Origin: Octopus sinensis
Lineage: Eukaryota
Length of the DNA stretch: 64,000 nt
Assembly: GCF_006345805.1 (NCBI RefSeq)
Contig: NC_043017.1
Span: 32,116,001-32,180,000 of the forward strand
Direction: 5' to 3'
Within the stretch, counting starts at the first letter, position 1. Each line of letters starts with the position of its first letter. A model generated the notes under the pieces. That model was not told where the DNA came from and did no database searches. It saw only the letters and a program-made list of their open reading frames with translations. The translations under genes and the position numbers were made by a program. Shown here one piece after another: positions 23,668-35,935 of the stretch.

Positions 23668-25070
23668 CCTCATCATCATCATCGTTTAACGTCCACTTTC
23701 CACACTAGCATGGGTTGGATAATTTGACTGAGGTCTGGCGAACCAGATCGCTGCACCAGACTCCAATCTGATCTGGCAGAGTTTCTACAGCTCAATACCC
23801 TTCCTAATGCCAACCACTCCGAGAGTGTAGTGGGTGCTTTTACGTGCCACTGGCATGAGGGCCAGTCAGGCAGTACTGGCAACAGCCACGCTCAAATGGT
23901 GCTTTTTATGTGCCACCTGCACAGGAGCCAGTCCAGCGGCACTGGCAACTACCTCGCTCGAATGTGCCACCAACACAAGTGCTAGTAAGGTGACGCAGGT
24001 AACGATCACGCTCGAATGGTGTTTTTAACATACCATCAGCACAGAGGCCAGCTTGTTGCTCTGGCCACAATCCCACCCCTATAGTACTCATTAGGTTATA
24101 CCGTCGCCGCCACCACCACCACCACCACCACACTACTACTACTACTACTACATCACCACTACCATCATCACCACCACCACCACAACCACCACAACCACCA
24201 CTACTTCTACTACTACTACTACTATTACAACTACTACATCACCACTAACATCATCACCACCATCACCCCCAACTACCACCACTACCACCACTACTACCAC
24301 CAACACCACCACCACCACCACCATCACCACTACTACTACTACTACCACCACCACCACCACTACCACCACCACTGTTACTACTACTACATCACCACTACCA
24401 TTATCACCACCACCACCACCACCACCGCAACCACAACCACTACAACCACCACCACCACCACCACCACCACCATCACCACTACTACTACTACTACTACATC
24501 ACCACTACCATCATCACCACCACCACCACAACCACCACAACCACCACTACTTCTACTACTACTACTACTATTACAACTACTACATCACCACTAACATCAT
24601 CACCACCATCACCCCCAACTACCACCACTACCACCACTACTACCACCAACACCACCACCACCACCACCATCACCACTACTACTACTACTACCACCACCAC
24701 CACCACTACCACCACCACTGTTACTACTACTACATCACCACTACCATTATCACCACCACCACCACCACCACCACCGCAACCACAACCACTACAACCACCA
24801 CCACCACCACCACCACCACCACCACCACTACTACTACTACATCACCACTACCACTAGCACGGATGCCAGTCATCAAATTTGATTTCGATTTCGATTTCAC
24901 TTACCTCAACAAGTCTTCATAGGAAGAGTTTAGTGTCCAATGAACGAAAGGTATGCATAAGCGGGCTGGTTACACCCCTGGCATAGGCCACAAGGTTATG
25001 GTCTCACTTGTGCTTGCCGAGTCTTCTCAAGCACAGCATATTTCCAAAGGTTTTGGTCACAACCCCATTT
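23668..25070 (-). mobile_element. RTE-clade LINE 3' end / 3' UTR (family C) with internal (CCA/CTA)n expansion
   Basis: (GAT)n tail, GGTTGGCATTAGGAAGGG-type segment; the 25000-25070 end resembles DRDLWKYAVLEKTRQAK-type ORF termini also seen at 50220-50330. Confidence 0.7.
24147..24838. repeat. 346-bp near-identical tandem duplication inside compound microsatellite
   Basis: Identical ORFs 24148-24372 and 24494-24718; register 346. Confidence 0.85.
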
Positions 25071-25821
25071 CACAGTATCTTTGCCAAGGGATGTTTATCA
25101 CAGCTTTGTATCAACAAAAAAGCTTTGTGAGTTAAATTTGGTTAATAGAAATTCAGCAGAGCAACCATTACTGATTTTTAGTCACAGACCTCATATCTTA
25201 CTTAGTTTAACCCTAACCCTAACCACCACCACGCCCTCAGGTACATTTATCTGAATCTTCTCTGGTGCAAGAATTTGAGACAGGTCTCTGGAACTGAGGT
25301 AAACTCTTACTCTTCTTCCTACTGTTATTGTAAATTCTGCACTCCAATTGGAAACAATACTCTCTTGGACATGTTATAAATATTTGTGCTGTATGGTCAA
25401 GTGATAACTTTGTTCTCACCTCAAACTTTTTCTTATTTACTAAATTGGTTCTGGCAACTGACAAACTGTTAGAATCAACCCACATCAGTTAGTAGCATTA
25501 ATAAATTAATTGCATTTAGGTTTACGATATGACAAATTGTAACGTATCTCTTCCAACGAACTGTACAGATTTCAAACTTATGAGACAGTTTGTGTCATGT
25601 TTAAGAAATCTATATTTATCAACGCATGATTCAGACATGGTTATGCTAAACTTCTACAGCAGATAACTGGCAACAAGTAAATGGTTTAAAAGATAATCTT
25701 GTCTGGAGTATGGTCTTTAGTCACAGGCTTAATCTGTTCCCTTGTTTAACCCCTAAGCATTTAATGTCTCTTTCTGGCCCAGATATACTACATGTTTTAT
25801 GCAACAGCAACATATGTAAAC

Positions 25822-26112
25822 AAACCGCTAAGTTATGGGGATGTAAACACACCAGCATCGGTTGTCAAGCGATGTTGCAGGGGGCAAACACAGACACACA
25901 AACATATACACACACATACATACACTATATATATATATATACATGTATATGACAGGTTTCTTTCAGTTTCCATCTACCAAATCCACTCACAAAGTTTTGG
26001 TTAACCCAAGGCTTATAGTAAAAGACACTTGCTCAAAGAACCATGCAATGGGACTGAACTTGGAACCATGTGGTTGGGAAGCAAGCTACTTACCACTCAG
26101 TCATACCTGTGC
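25822..26112 (-). mobile_element. SINE family A (3'-truncated)
   Basis: Head and microsatellite present. Confidence 0.8.
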
Positions 26113-26177
26113 CTATATGTTCACTTGTTCTCCATAATGATCATGGCTGTAACACTTAACCTCCAACAGCCCTTCTC

Positions 26178-26583
26178 TCTTTTACTTGTTTCAGTCATTT
26201 GACTGCGGCCATGCTGGAGCACCACCTTTAGTCATGCAAATCGAACCCCAGGACTTATTCTTTGTAAGCCTAGTACTTATTCTATCAGTCTCTTTTGTTG
26301 AACCACTAAGTTATAGGGACGTAAACACACCAGCATCAGTTGTCAAGCAATGTTGGTGGGGGAGAAACACAGACACACAAACACACACACACAAATATAT
26401 ATATATAAACATATATATCTGATGGGCTTCTTTCAGTTTCTGTCTACCAAATCCACTGACAAGGCTTTGGTCAGCCCAAGGCTATAGTAGAAGACACTTG
26501 CCTAAGGTGCCACACAGTGGGACTGAACCCGGAACCATGTGATTGGTAAACAAGCTACTTACCACACAGCCACTCCTGTGCCT
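26178..26583 (-). mobile_element. SINE family A
   Basis: Full-length reverse copy. Confidence 0.88.
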
Positions 26584-27424
26584 TGTCCACTTGTCTGTAA
26601 AAATGACGACACATTTTAAGAATTCATAATCGTCAGTAACAACTGAAATAAGAAAGATTTTTGCTAGCATGTTGTAACATTTCCTCCAAGCTGTTTGTAT
26701 GTGCAGCCAGTACACAAAAGAAATTAATGTGTGTATAAAAGAAAGGTTAATCACCTAAACTAATGTTGTAATTAATAATTCCTGCTCTAGTGTCTGCAGC
26801 AGCAACAGCAGCAAGCTATAAAATGGCTGTGGCCATATTTGGCGAATAGTCTTTTATGTCGTAAAGACCAGTTTCAAGTTCTGTAGATGACTTGCTGAGT
26901 TTTTATTGAAAAACATACTGATTCACTATGTTGATTTCAGAAGCAAATAGCATGAAGAACAAAAGAACTAACTGCAATGGCTTTGCAAAATAGTTGAAGC
27001 TGATACACTAAAAACTTATGAGATCATAAAACATTCAACTGTAGGAAATATTTATGTAAGAAATAGAAGTTATGTTTTTGTCTTGTGGCGATGTGTAATT
27101 TGCTGGAGAATCTACCAATGGAAAGAAAAGCAATAGTTTTGGAAACTTCAGTTTTTAAAGCGTCATTTGGCATATAAATCCCATTTGGATAGTGTACAAA
27201 AAGCTCAGGTAATAAAATATAACCCATCATTAGCTGTTACATGGGTACAATGCATAATGCGTGAGAGAGCAGATGAGAGAATATAAAGAGAAACCAAACA
27301 GAGAGAAGAGCAAAGGTCGTATTGACAATATGCTTTTAGCTGTTAAACTGAATAACTCTATACATTCACGGAGATGTACTTGCATAGCAAGTGACTTGAT
27401 CTGAGATCGTGTGCTGAAACAAAA

Positions 27425-27740
27425 ACAATTGCAGCGTGGAAGGTGTTTATAAGCCATTTAAGAAACACACAAAAGCCGTTAGATTCACTTCAGCATTTAA
27501 GTTTAATTTGTCAAAATATTTTTGTCACTTTAAGACCATGACCTGTTCACTGACAAAAATCCGTGCTGCATCCATGCTGACAAAAATCCGTGAGATGCAG
27601 CACAGATTTTTGTCATTGAATAGGTCGCGGTCTTAAAGCGACGAAAATATTTTCACAAATTAAACTTAAATGTTGAAGTGAATCTAACGTTTTTGTGTGT
27701 TTCTTAAATGGCTTACAAACACCTTCCATGCTGCAATTGT
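27425..27740. mobile_element. fold-back element family J with hammerhead-like architecture
   Basis: About 145-bp inverted arms; right arm 27609-27659 UUUGU-CAUUGAAUAG-GUCGC-9nt-GCGAC-GAAAAUAUUUUC-ACAAA. Confidence 0.75.
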
Positions 27741-28109
27741 CTATACATTCAATTTGATAAATTAATAAAAGTATGGCAAAGATTGTTCAACTACCAAGAC
27801 AGCTGGTGAAAATAATCATCTGTTTAATTTTCTCGACAGTTAAGACTATATTGTTCAAAAAAACATGATTGAAGAAATAGCATCAGCTGATTATCATGTT
27901 AAGAACTGAAGAAATTCTTGACATGTCTGTAAACAAATGTCTTGTTCTGTATTTCAAATTCAAATCAAAACATTGTAATGTTTGGTCAAAATTGGTTTTT
28001 CCATTATAGTACAGCTGCAGGTGTGTGATGTTTTAGTGGTCGTGTAATGTTACGAAGAGAAGACTCTTGGTGTTGTTTACACCTGATTGAGCATCAATGG
28101 TGTTGGAGA

Positions 28110-28330
28110 AATGGAAGCACATGCCATAGTGGTTAGGGTGATGCACTTAAAATCATAAGATTGTGGAGTGAGCAATGTTTTGTGGTCTTGAGCAAAAAAA
28201 ATTTCATTTTATGTTGCTGCTAGAAATGAATAATCTATGATGGACTGGTCTCCCAGCCAGAGGTGGAATAGAACCACCAAAGAATCCAAGAAACCAGCCT
28301 TATGAGCCTAAGGCTTGGGAAAGACTTTTG
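28110..28330 (+). mobile_element. degenerate tRNA/CORE-type SINE
   Basis: tRNA-like head TAGTGGTTAGGGTG, GTCTTGAGCAA core, GATGGACTGGTCTCCC..GAAACCAGCCTTATGAGCC tail; related fragments at 37060-37130 and 49480-49550. Confidence 0.5.
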
Positions 28331-28561
28331 ATCCTATTTTTGAATGTTGAGCTAAGTTAATGATGTCACAACAAGACTAAAACAAGACAGTTCACACTTA
28401 ATTCACCAATATCCTGTTGCACATTATGATGGTTTGGGAATTTATGATGCAAAAAATGAAGTCAAGTAAATGAGGGATATTAAAACTTTGGTGAAAATGA
28501 CATACATTGCATCTTCTTGATTTAGAGCAAGGTTTCTCAACCATTTCTTATCTATGGGCCC

Positions 28562-28784
28562 TCTTTTACTCTTTTACTTGCTTCAGTCATTTGACTGTGG
28601 CCATGCTTGAGCATCGCTTTTAGTTGAGCAAATTGACCTCAGGACTTATTCTTTGTAAGCCTAGTACTTATTCCATCGGTCTCTTTTGCTGAACTGCTAA
28701 GTTACAGGGATGTAAACACACTAGCATCAGTTGTCAAGCGATGTTGGGGGGACAAACAGAGACACACAAACATATACACACACG

Positions 28785-28815
<31 letters not shown>

Positions 28816-29148
28816 TTTATGAAACAAACAAAAGACGAAGACAGGTGGTGTACAAAACAAACAGATGTATTAGTATAACGCTCAGAAGTAGTAAAGGTTT
28901 TTTACGTTTTGATCCTACACTCTTGTACAGAAAGGGACACAGAAAAAAACAAGGAGAGAAAAAAATGTGTGTAGTACACATATATATATGACGGGCTTCT
29001 TTCAGTTTCCATCTACCAAATCCACTCACAAGGCTTTGGTCAGCCCGATGCTATAGCAGAAGACGCTCACCCAAGGTACCATGCAGTGGGGCTGAACCCG
29101 GAGCCATGAGGTTGGTAAGCAAGCTACTTACCACAGAGCCACTCCTAT
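28562..29148 (-). mobile_element. SINE family A with family G element inserted in its microsatellite
   Basis: SINE halves flank 28811-28980. Confidence 0.85.
28811..28980 (-). mobile_element. PLE-like family G element (copy 1)
   Basis: Homologous to 47503-47680; degenerate hammerhead-like motif. Confidence 0.6.
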
Positions 29149-29669
29149 GGTGGATTCCCATAGCCAGTCGAACACACCCAAAGGAAAAAAAGAAACACAT
29201 CCAAACTTTTCTCCGATTGTAACAGCAGCTTCTTTCAAAATTAACATTTCTGCAACCTTGCAAAGTTGGTGGAGATTGGGTTAGTCTTTCTTGCATCTGG
29301 AACAGGCTGTGGACAACATCTTAAAATAATGAATGACTTCCAAACAATGTGAGGTAGCATACAGGTGACTGCCACTTGGATAAGCTAATAGAAAGCCAAC
29401 CGAATCTTAATAATTAAAAAGCAGTATAGGTAGCTGAGACAGTGTTTGCAAAGAATAAGTAAATACTGAAGAAAAGGAAAAAATAATTGATAGCTTCAAT
29501 ATGTGTGCAAGTTATTTTTTTTAATACAGTTATATGTCAGACATTTTGTAAGCCGACACAAACAGTTCTGTGTGTGAGTGAAGATTTTCGCATTAAGCAC
29601 CTGAATAGTTAATTAATTATCTTTGTAACTGAATGAGTTTTTTGATTTAAGTATTTCCAGCAACTTTAA

Positions 29670-29752
29670 CAATAATAATAGCAATAATAATAATAATAAC
29701 AGTGGTAATACTAATAATGATGATGATAATAATAATAATAATAATAATAATG

Positions 29753-29786
<34 letters not shown>

Positions 29787-29839
29787 TAATAATAATAATA
29801 ATAATAATAATGATAATAATAATTATGATAATAATAATG

Positions 29840-29882
<43 letters not shown>

Positions 29883-30128
29883 TGATAAAAATAATAATAA
29901 TAATAATGATAATAACAATAATAATAATAATAATTATAATAATGATAATAATAATAATAATAATAATGATGATTGATGATGATGATGATGATGATGATGA
30001 TGACAATAATAATAATAATGATGATAATAATAATAATAATAATGATAAAAGTAATAATAATAATAATAATAATGATAATAATAATAATAATAATAATAAT
30101 GATAATAATAATTATGATAATAATAATG

Positions 30129-30174
<46 letters not shown>

Positions 30175-30257
30175 TGATGATAAAAATAATAATAATAATA
30201 ATGATAACAATAATAATAATAATAATTATAATAATGATAATAATAATAATAGTAATA

Positions 30258-30291
<34 letters not shown>

Positions 30292-30362
30292 CAATAATAA
30301 TAATAATGATGATAATAATAATAATAACGATGATGATGATGATGATGACAACGATAACAATA

Positions 30363-30397
<35 letters not shown>

Positions 30398-30412
30398 AAT
30401 AATAATAATCCC
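29670..30412. repeat. (AAT)n/(GAT)n compound microsatellite, ~740 bp
   Basis: Directly visible; internal ~290-bp higher-order duplication. Confidence 0.95.
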
Positions 30413-30624
30413 TACCTATGGTTGTTATTGTTATTGATTTATTTCAACATTGCCTCACATAAAAGTAAGAAATACTCATTGATACTTCATTTAACAGAAC
30501 AACAAACTGCTCAGTCAAGTGGTTCAAAGTCCAGAATAAAATCTTAATTAAATACGTTACTTCACAGAATACTGTCATACCTGCATTATATATTATAACA
30601 AAGAAGGTGACAAAATTCCCGCAT

Positions 30625-30902
30625 GATAAAACCCCTCCCACAAACGAAACCCTCACACTTGCACAAAAGATTTTTTTAAAGGAAGAATATTAAAATATTT
30701 TAGAGAATATTATCAAAGAAAAACTTATTGAATTGATTTTTTTAAATTTTGTTTTGTTTCAATAAAATTTCATAAAAATTTAACAAGATTTGAGGAGTTT
30801 TAATAAGTTTATTTTATTAAAATTCCTAAGAATATTTTCGAAGTAGTTCTTTTCAAAAAAATTTTGTGCAAAAGTGAAAGTTTTGTTGAAGGGGATTTTG
30901 TC
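30625..30902. mobile_element. degenerate fold-back element
   Basis: GATAAAACCCCTCCCACAAAC..TTGCACAAAAG is imperfectly inverted to TTTTGTGCAAAAGTGAAAG..GGGGATTTTGTC. Confidence 0.5.
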
Positions 30903-31774
30903 TGGCGCTCAATAAAAACGTTTTATTAATCATTAGAAATGCACTTTGCCGAAGTCATTGTGAACCAACTTGATGCTGGCATTGAGTGCATTGATACAAG
31001 AAGTATCAGAGAAAAATAAAGGAATTATTCAATGGTCACAAGTGTGGCTATGTGGTAAGGAGTTTGCTTGCCAGCCATGTCAACCAAGGTTCAGTTCCAC
31101 TGCATGACGACACTGTGCGCAAGTATTTTCTACTATAGCTCTGGAATGACCAAAGACATGAATTTGATTGACAGAAACTGAAAGAAGTTTGTTGTGTGTG
31201 TTAGTCTGTGGTTGTTATCCACCACTGCTTAATAATAGGGGTTGGTTTGTTTACATTCATGTAATTTGATGGTTTGGCATTAGAGACAGATAGAGTAACC
31301 ACCAAGTTTTAATAGAAAAAATAAGCACTGAGGTTACAAAAAACATGCCTCTTTACCCCCTCCTTCTCAAAAGAAATTTCTTCTTTCTTCTCCCTTGCTT
31401 GGCAAACCCCACAAAATTCTTTATATATAAAAAGGCCAAGAAATCTAACTTTAAACCAGATAAATCCAATAAAAGAAAAAAGTGCTAAAATGTAAATAAG
31501 ATGTAAATAAATAAAAAAGATATCATCCAACATTCTGACTACCTTATTATTCTAAATATACAATATCTGTACATCACTTCAAAAACTGTCTCTCTCTCTG
31601 CATATATATATTTGTGTGTGCGTGTGTTTGTGTATCATGGCTGTGTGGTAAGAAGCTTGCTTCCCAACTACATGGTTCTAGGTTCAGTCCAACTGAATGG
31701 TACCTTGGGCAAGTGTCTTCTACTAATGCTTTGGGAATGGTTTTGGTAGAGGGAAACTGAAAGAAGGCCATTTT

Positions 31775-31955
31775 CATCATCATCATCATCATCGTTTAAC
31801 GTCCGTTCTCCATGCTAGCATGGGTTGGACAGTTCGACCGGGGATCTGGGAAGCCAGAAGGCTGCACCAGGCTCCAGTCTTATCTGGCAACGTTTCTACA
31901 GCTGGATGCCCTTCCTAACACCAACCACTCCGTGAGTGTAGTGGGTGCTTTTTAC
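31775..31955 (-). mobile_element. family C LINE 3' tail
   Basis: (CAT)n-GTTTAACGTCCG..CTGGATGCCCTTCCTAAC. Confidence 0.8.
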
Positions 31956-31969
31956 CCAATATATATAAT

Positions 31970-32188
31970 AACTTTATTTAAAAGCAGCAGAAATTTAACC
32001 AAAGCTGTTACTCGGAGTTTCATGTTCCCATTCATCAGACAGTTTTGTTAAAATAGAACGGGAACGTGAAACTCCGAGTAATAGCATTTGTTAAATTTCT
32101 GCTGCTTTTAAATAAAGCATATTACTCTACCTCTGGTATTTGAGTAATCTTTTTTCCACCTTGTTTTGCATTTATGTGTTTACTCCGG

Positions 32189-32190
<2 letters not shown>
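31970..32190. mobile_element. fold-back element family F (reverse orientation)
   Basis: Homologous to 16788-17020; one arm has lost its CUGAUGA. Confidence 0.85.
32005..32042 (-). ncRNA. minimal type-I hammerhead ribozyme with intact core
   Basis: CUGU-CUGAUGA-AUG-GGAA-CAU-GAAAC-UCC-GAGUA-ACAG; 3-bp stem II with GNRA loop, 4-bp stem I, GUA site. Confidence 0.78.
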
Positions 32191-32243
<53 letters not shown>

Positions 32244-32567
32244 TGTGTGTGTTTGTTTGTGTCTGTCCCCCATCACTCGTGTTGATGTGTTTATGTCCCT
32301 GTAACTTAGCGGTTCAGCAAAAGACACCAATAGAATAAGTTCTAGGCTTTAAAGAAAATGGTACTGGGGCCAATTTGTTCAACTAAAATCTTCAAGGTGG
32401 TGCCCCAACATGGCCTCAATCCAATGACTCAAACAAGTGAAAGATAAATGATAAAGATACACACATACAGTACCATCTCTTGAGTGATGAGTGATGACTT
32501 GATAGATAACAGAGAGGACCATTTCTCATTGCCAACTCTTGCACATTACAACATATCAGTTATGAAT

Positions 32568-32969
32568 ACTCTTTTACTCTTTTACTTGTTTCAGTCATTT
32601 GACTGCGGCCATGCTGGAGCACCACCTTTAGTCAAGCAAATCGACCCCAGGACTTATTCTTTGTAAGCCCAGTACTTATTCTATTGGTCTCTTTTGCCGA
32701 ACAACTAAGTTACAGGGACATGAACACACCAGCATCGGTTGTCAAGTAATGTTGGTGGGGGGACAAACACAGACACACAAACATACACACACACATATAT
32801 ATATATACACATATACAACAGGCTTCTTTCAGTTTCCATCTACCAAATCCACTCACAAGGCTTTGGTTGGCCCGAGGCTATAGTAGAATACACTTGCCCA
32901 AGATGCCACGCAGTGGGACTGAACCCGGAACCATGTGGTTGGTTAGCAAGCTACTTACCACACAGCCAC
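32568..32969 (-). mobile_element. SINE family A
   Basis: Near full-length reverse copy; tail-to-tail with the 3' half at 32255-32455. Confidence 0.88.
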
Positions 32970-33350
32970 ATTCTTTTGTTATTCTTTGACCAGTTTTAGC
33001 CAGTGAACAGTGGCCATGCTGGGGCATTGCCAAATTACATTGGCTGCAGGACTTATTTCAGTGTGGATGTATTTTATATGTGTTTCTTTATCGTATTGTT
33101 AAGTTACAGGAGGAGAATTGACACAACATAAACAACATGAAGATTTAGACCTGTGCAAGTTTTGGTTTCAAAATTTGGCACAAGGCCAGCAATTTTGAGG
33201 GTGGGTGTGAAGTGATTATATTGACCAATGTTCAACTGTTCTTTTTTTTATCAACCTCAAAGGGCGAAAGGCAAAGTCAACTCTGGCAGCAAACCTATTC
33301 AAATATTAATACATAGATGCACACTCACACACATCTAAACTCACACAAAC

Positions 33351-33386
<36 letters not shown>

Positions 33387-33396
33387 TATAATAATA

Positions 33397-33680
33397 ACTA
33401 GAATGTGGAATCTAAAAAGAGAAACAATTCCTATCATAGTAGGTGCATTAGGCATGATAAAAAAATATTCAGACAAGTACATAACAAAAACACCAGGACT
33501 TACAAACACATATAACATACATAAAATTGCACTACTAGGCACTGCACACATCCTACGCAGAACACTTTCCATACAGTAACCATCAGAGCATCACAACAAA
33601 TCACAGCACATACCCAAGGCACACAGAGCTGCGCTCGGTAGTGAAGTGAAAGCACGTTATAAAAATAAAACTACTGAATA
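33397..33680 (+). mobile_element. 5'-truncated R4/Dong-like non-LTR retrotransposon (RLE C-terminus) in (TAA)n
   Basis: TRMWNLKRETIPIIVGALGMIKKYSDKY...HKIALLGTAHILRRTLSIQ* (stop 33577-33579); (AAT)n on both sides. Confidence 0.75.
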
Positions 33681-33707
33681 ATAATAATCATAATAATAAT
33701 AATAATC

Positions 33708-33748
<41 letters not shown>

Positions 33749-33814
33749 CATAATAATAATAATAATAATAATTATTATAATAATAATAATAATAAGAAGA
33801 AGAAGAAGATTAAC

Positions 33815-33965
33815 AACATTGAAAAATACCTTAGGAATGAGAACCCAGGTTTCAAATTTCCCCAAGACACCTGAAGAAGGCTGGTGGGTATATCAGCAGA
33901 AATGTTGTGTTAACAACAAACAAGATGAGGACAAATATCTTTCAAATGTAAATTATGTAAATAAT
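33815..33965 (+). mobile_element. family D single arm with hammerhead motif (33866-33911)
   Basis: GACAC-CUGAAGA-A-GGCUG-10nt-CAGCA-GAAAU-GUU-GUGUU. Confidence 0.7.
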
Positions 33966-34509
33966 TGGTCTATTGTGTTTGAAATAATGTAAGATGACCC
34001 CAGCTGGAACATATTTGGTCAAACATCTGCATTCTTAGGACTGATATGGTGCTAAACAACAACAGTAACAATAGTTTATCTGAAGCAAAATAAACTGAAA
34101 CTAATTAATTCAGCAATGAATTTAGCAAGCTGGTGGTAGGAAGGGTTCATCATGGCTAAGCCCTCTTTTCCAGCCCAACTCTTTTGCCATAATTCTCTCT
34201 TCATATCTATGGTTGGTCCAGGATTACATAATTATAATTCTACAGAACATTAACAGAAAGTTTAAAACTGTCTTCTCTATGCTGAAGAACTAATACGTAT
34301 AGTCTAATATGAAGAAGGTTTAGGGAAGAAATTACAGATATGGATGCAAAATAAAAAAAAAAATTGAGAGGTCAAAGGTAAACTTCGAAAGACTAAAGCA
34401 TGAGAAAGAAGTTAGGACCTTGCTTCCATAAAAGAAATGAGCCTACTTAAAAAGGTTGAAATTCTGTATTGTTATACCATAAGGCGGTGAGCTGGCAGAA
34501 TCGTTAACA

Positions 34510-34860
34510 CGCAGAAGGCTGCACAAGGCTCAGTCTGATCTGGCAGTGTTTCTATGGCTGGATGCCCTTCCTAATGCCAACCACTCCGTGAGTGTAGTGG
34601 GTGCTTTTTACGTGCCACCAGCACGGGGTCAGGTGAGGCTGGCAAACGGCCACAATCGGATGGTGCTTTTTATGTGCCACTGGCACGAGGCCCGTCGGGG
34701 AGGCGCTGGCAATGGCCACGTTCAGATGGTTGTGATAGAAAAAGTTCTGTTGGTAACAAAGGTTTTATACCCTAGAGTGAAGGGCAGATTATGAGAGGTT
34801 TGTGTATAAAGAACAATGTTACATGGTAATGAAATATGGACTTTGAATGCAGAGGATTTA
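34510..34860. mobile_element. family C tail (minus) joined to an RTE RT-downstream relic (plus)
   Basis: VLLVTKVLYPRVKGRL..TMLHGNEIWTLNAEDL resembles RTE LLHGSETW. Confidence 0.6.
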
Positions 34861-35400
34861 TGACAGAAAAATTCATTTGTTGTTGTGATGATAAAGTGCC
34901 TCAAGAACATGCTGTAAGCTGGTTGGCTAGCAAGAAGTGTCGACATAGATTCAGAAGAGCTTGTAAGTTTAAAGGTCATAGCAACCTTTCAAGGGCTGAT
35001 GTCATAATAAAACATTACAGTCAGTAAAGTGGATGGTTTTATGAAGGACATCGAGCTATAAAAAAGCCATGTCAAAAATGAAACTTACCAGTAAGCAGCT
35101 ATTCAACAACCAGTCTGGGGCAATAGGAACTTCAAATAAGAGCCAACTCAGAAAGGGAGTAGGAATGGGAGCAGATGTAAAATGATGAAAATTATGATGA
35201 TGTTGATGACAACAATGATGATGAGGTTCAGTTATTTACTAAAGCATTCTCAAGGTTTTCATATTAAAATTTACACACTCAGATCCTACTAAATCAACTT
35301 ATCTGGATGTAAGGAAATAAACTTTCTATCTAATGTGTTATTAAAGATTCTGTCCGCTTCTTGTTTACCTGTATAATATAGTAATGAATCCTCTCTAAAT

Positions 35401-35935
35401 TCATCATCATCATCGTTTAACGTCCGTTTTCCATGCTAGCATGGGTTGGACGGTTCAACTGGGATCTGGGAAGCCAGAAGGCTGCACCAGGCCCAGTCCG
35501 ATCTGGCAGTGTTTCTACAGCTGGATGCCCTTCCTAATGCCAACCACACCGTGAGTGTAGTGGGTGCTTTTTACGTGCCACCTGCACAGGTGCCAGACGA
35601 GGCTGGCAAACGGCCACGATCGGATGGTGCTTTTTATGTGCCACCGGCACGCGGGCCAGACGAGGCTGGCAAACGGGCACAATCGGACTTAGATATTAAC
35701 GTGCGGTGTCATGTAAAAGTGCATGTGCAGTGTCACATAAAAGCACCTGTGCAGTGCCATATATAAAGTGCCCAGCATGCTCTGTAAAGTGGTTAGTGTT
35801 AAGAAGGGCCTCCAGTTGTAGAAACCACACCAAATCAGACTGGAGAAATCTAGCTTGTCAACTCTGGTCAACCTGTCAAACCCATGCCAGACTGGACAAC
35901 AGACGTTAAACGATGGCAATGATGATGATGATTAA
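35401..35935. mobile_element. two family C copies in inverted orientation
   Basis: Minus copy 35401-35695 and plus copy 35740-35935, with (CAT)n and (GAT)n at the outer ends. Confidence 0.75.

Noticed and set aside
22013-24718. Poly-T/P/H/V ORFs resembling mucins or extensins
   Set aside because: Trinucleotide expansions attached to LINE tails.
25207-25224. Telomere-like TAACCC repeats and adjacent AG/GT-bounded segment (YIYLNLLWCKNLRQV)
   Set aside because: Only about 2.5 units; the LRR-like peptide is too short to support.
27100-27290. Possible hAT transposase N-terminal relic (NFSF*KRHLAYKSH)
   Set aside because: Very short, interrupted similarity with no TIRs or catalytic motifs.
29647-30547. 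281-aa poly-I/N/D ORF (longest in track)
   Set aside because: Pure (AAT)n/(GAT)n microsatellite that lacks stops in some frames.
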